From positions 1 through 37,272 of IMG/VR virus record IMGVR_UViG_3300033067_001011: a stretch of 37,272 nucleotides of DNA; one strand, written 5' to 3'. The stretch comes from a virus. Taxonomy: Duplodnaviria; Caudoviricetes. Numbering within the stretch: the first letter of the stretch is position 1; each line of letters begins with the position of its first letter. The notes beneath the pieces were generated by a model. It was not told the origin of the DNA, ran no database searches, and was given only the letters and a program-made list of their open reading frames with translations. Position numbers and translations under genes: made by a program. Below are positions 37,154-37,272 of this stretch, in pieces.

Positions 37154-37272
37154 ATGTATACAGTTGAGGAAATTGCAAGTAAATTACAGATTTCTGAAAA
37201 TAATTTAAGACGGCTGTTAAGAAAGAAAACTATTAAAGGAGTAAAAGTTGGTAAAGAATGGAGGATATCAGA
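37154..37272 (+). CDS. Excisionase-like / HTH_17 DNA-binding protein (truncated by the window end)
   Basis: RBS aggaggtg; MYTVEEIASKLQISENNLRRLLRKKTIKGVKVGKEWRIS. Confidence 0.85.
   Translation, partial: MYTVEEIASKLQISENNLRRLLRKKTIKGVKVGKEWRIS

Overview
An apparently near-complete, circularly permuted genome of a very AT-rich siphovirus-type phage. The host is probably Bacillota/Clostridia (inferred from strong AGGAGG RBSs, sigma-A-type promoters and the gene families). Left to right: (i) an unusual accessory module (membrane/coiled-coil/winged-helix protein, palindrome array, micropeptides, YdjM-like hydrolase); (ii) recombination and replication genes (RHH regulators, Gam-like, ERF SSAP, SSB, DUF4373-type initiator, primase-helicase, ERCC4 nuclease, ArpU/RinA-like activator); (iii) packaging and head genes, with both the large terminase and the major capsid gene split by short ORF-less group I introns (11400-11681 and 16190-16437); (iv) a ~5.8 kb block of extra fibre-like, LamG and LRR genes between the capsid and head-tail genes; (v) tail genes, including a duplicated tail-tube gene carrying an inserted domain and a -1 frameshift tail chaperone; (vi) lysis genes; (vii) a 12-6-12 palindrome resembling a tyrosine-recombinase core site; (viii) a leftward operon of microproteins; and (ix) an HTH gene that runs off the right end and appears to resume at base 1. 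I found no integrase, CI-like repressor, ParA, homing endonuclease, tRNA or CRISPR array. All family assignments come from motif recognition by eye, not database searches.
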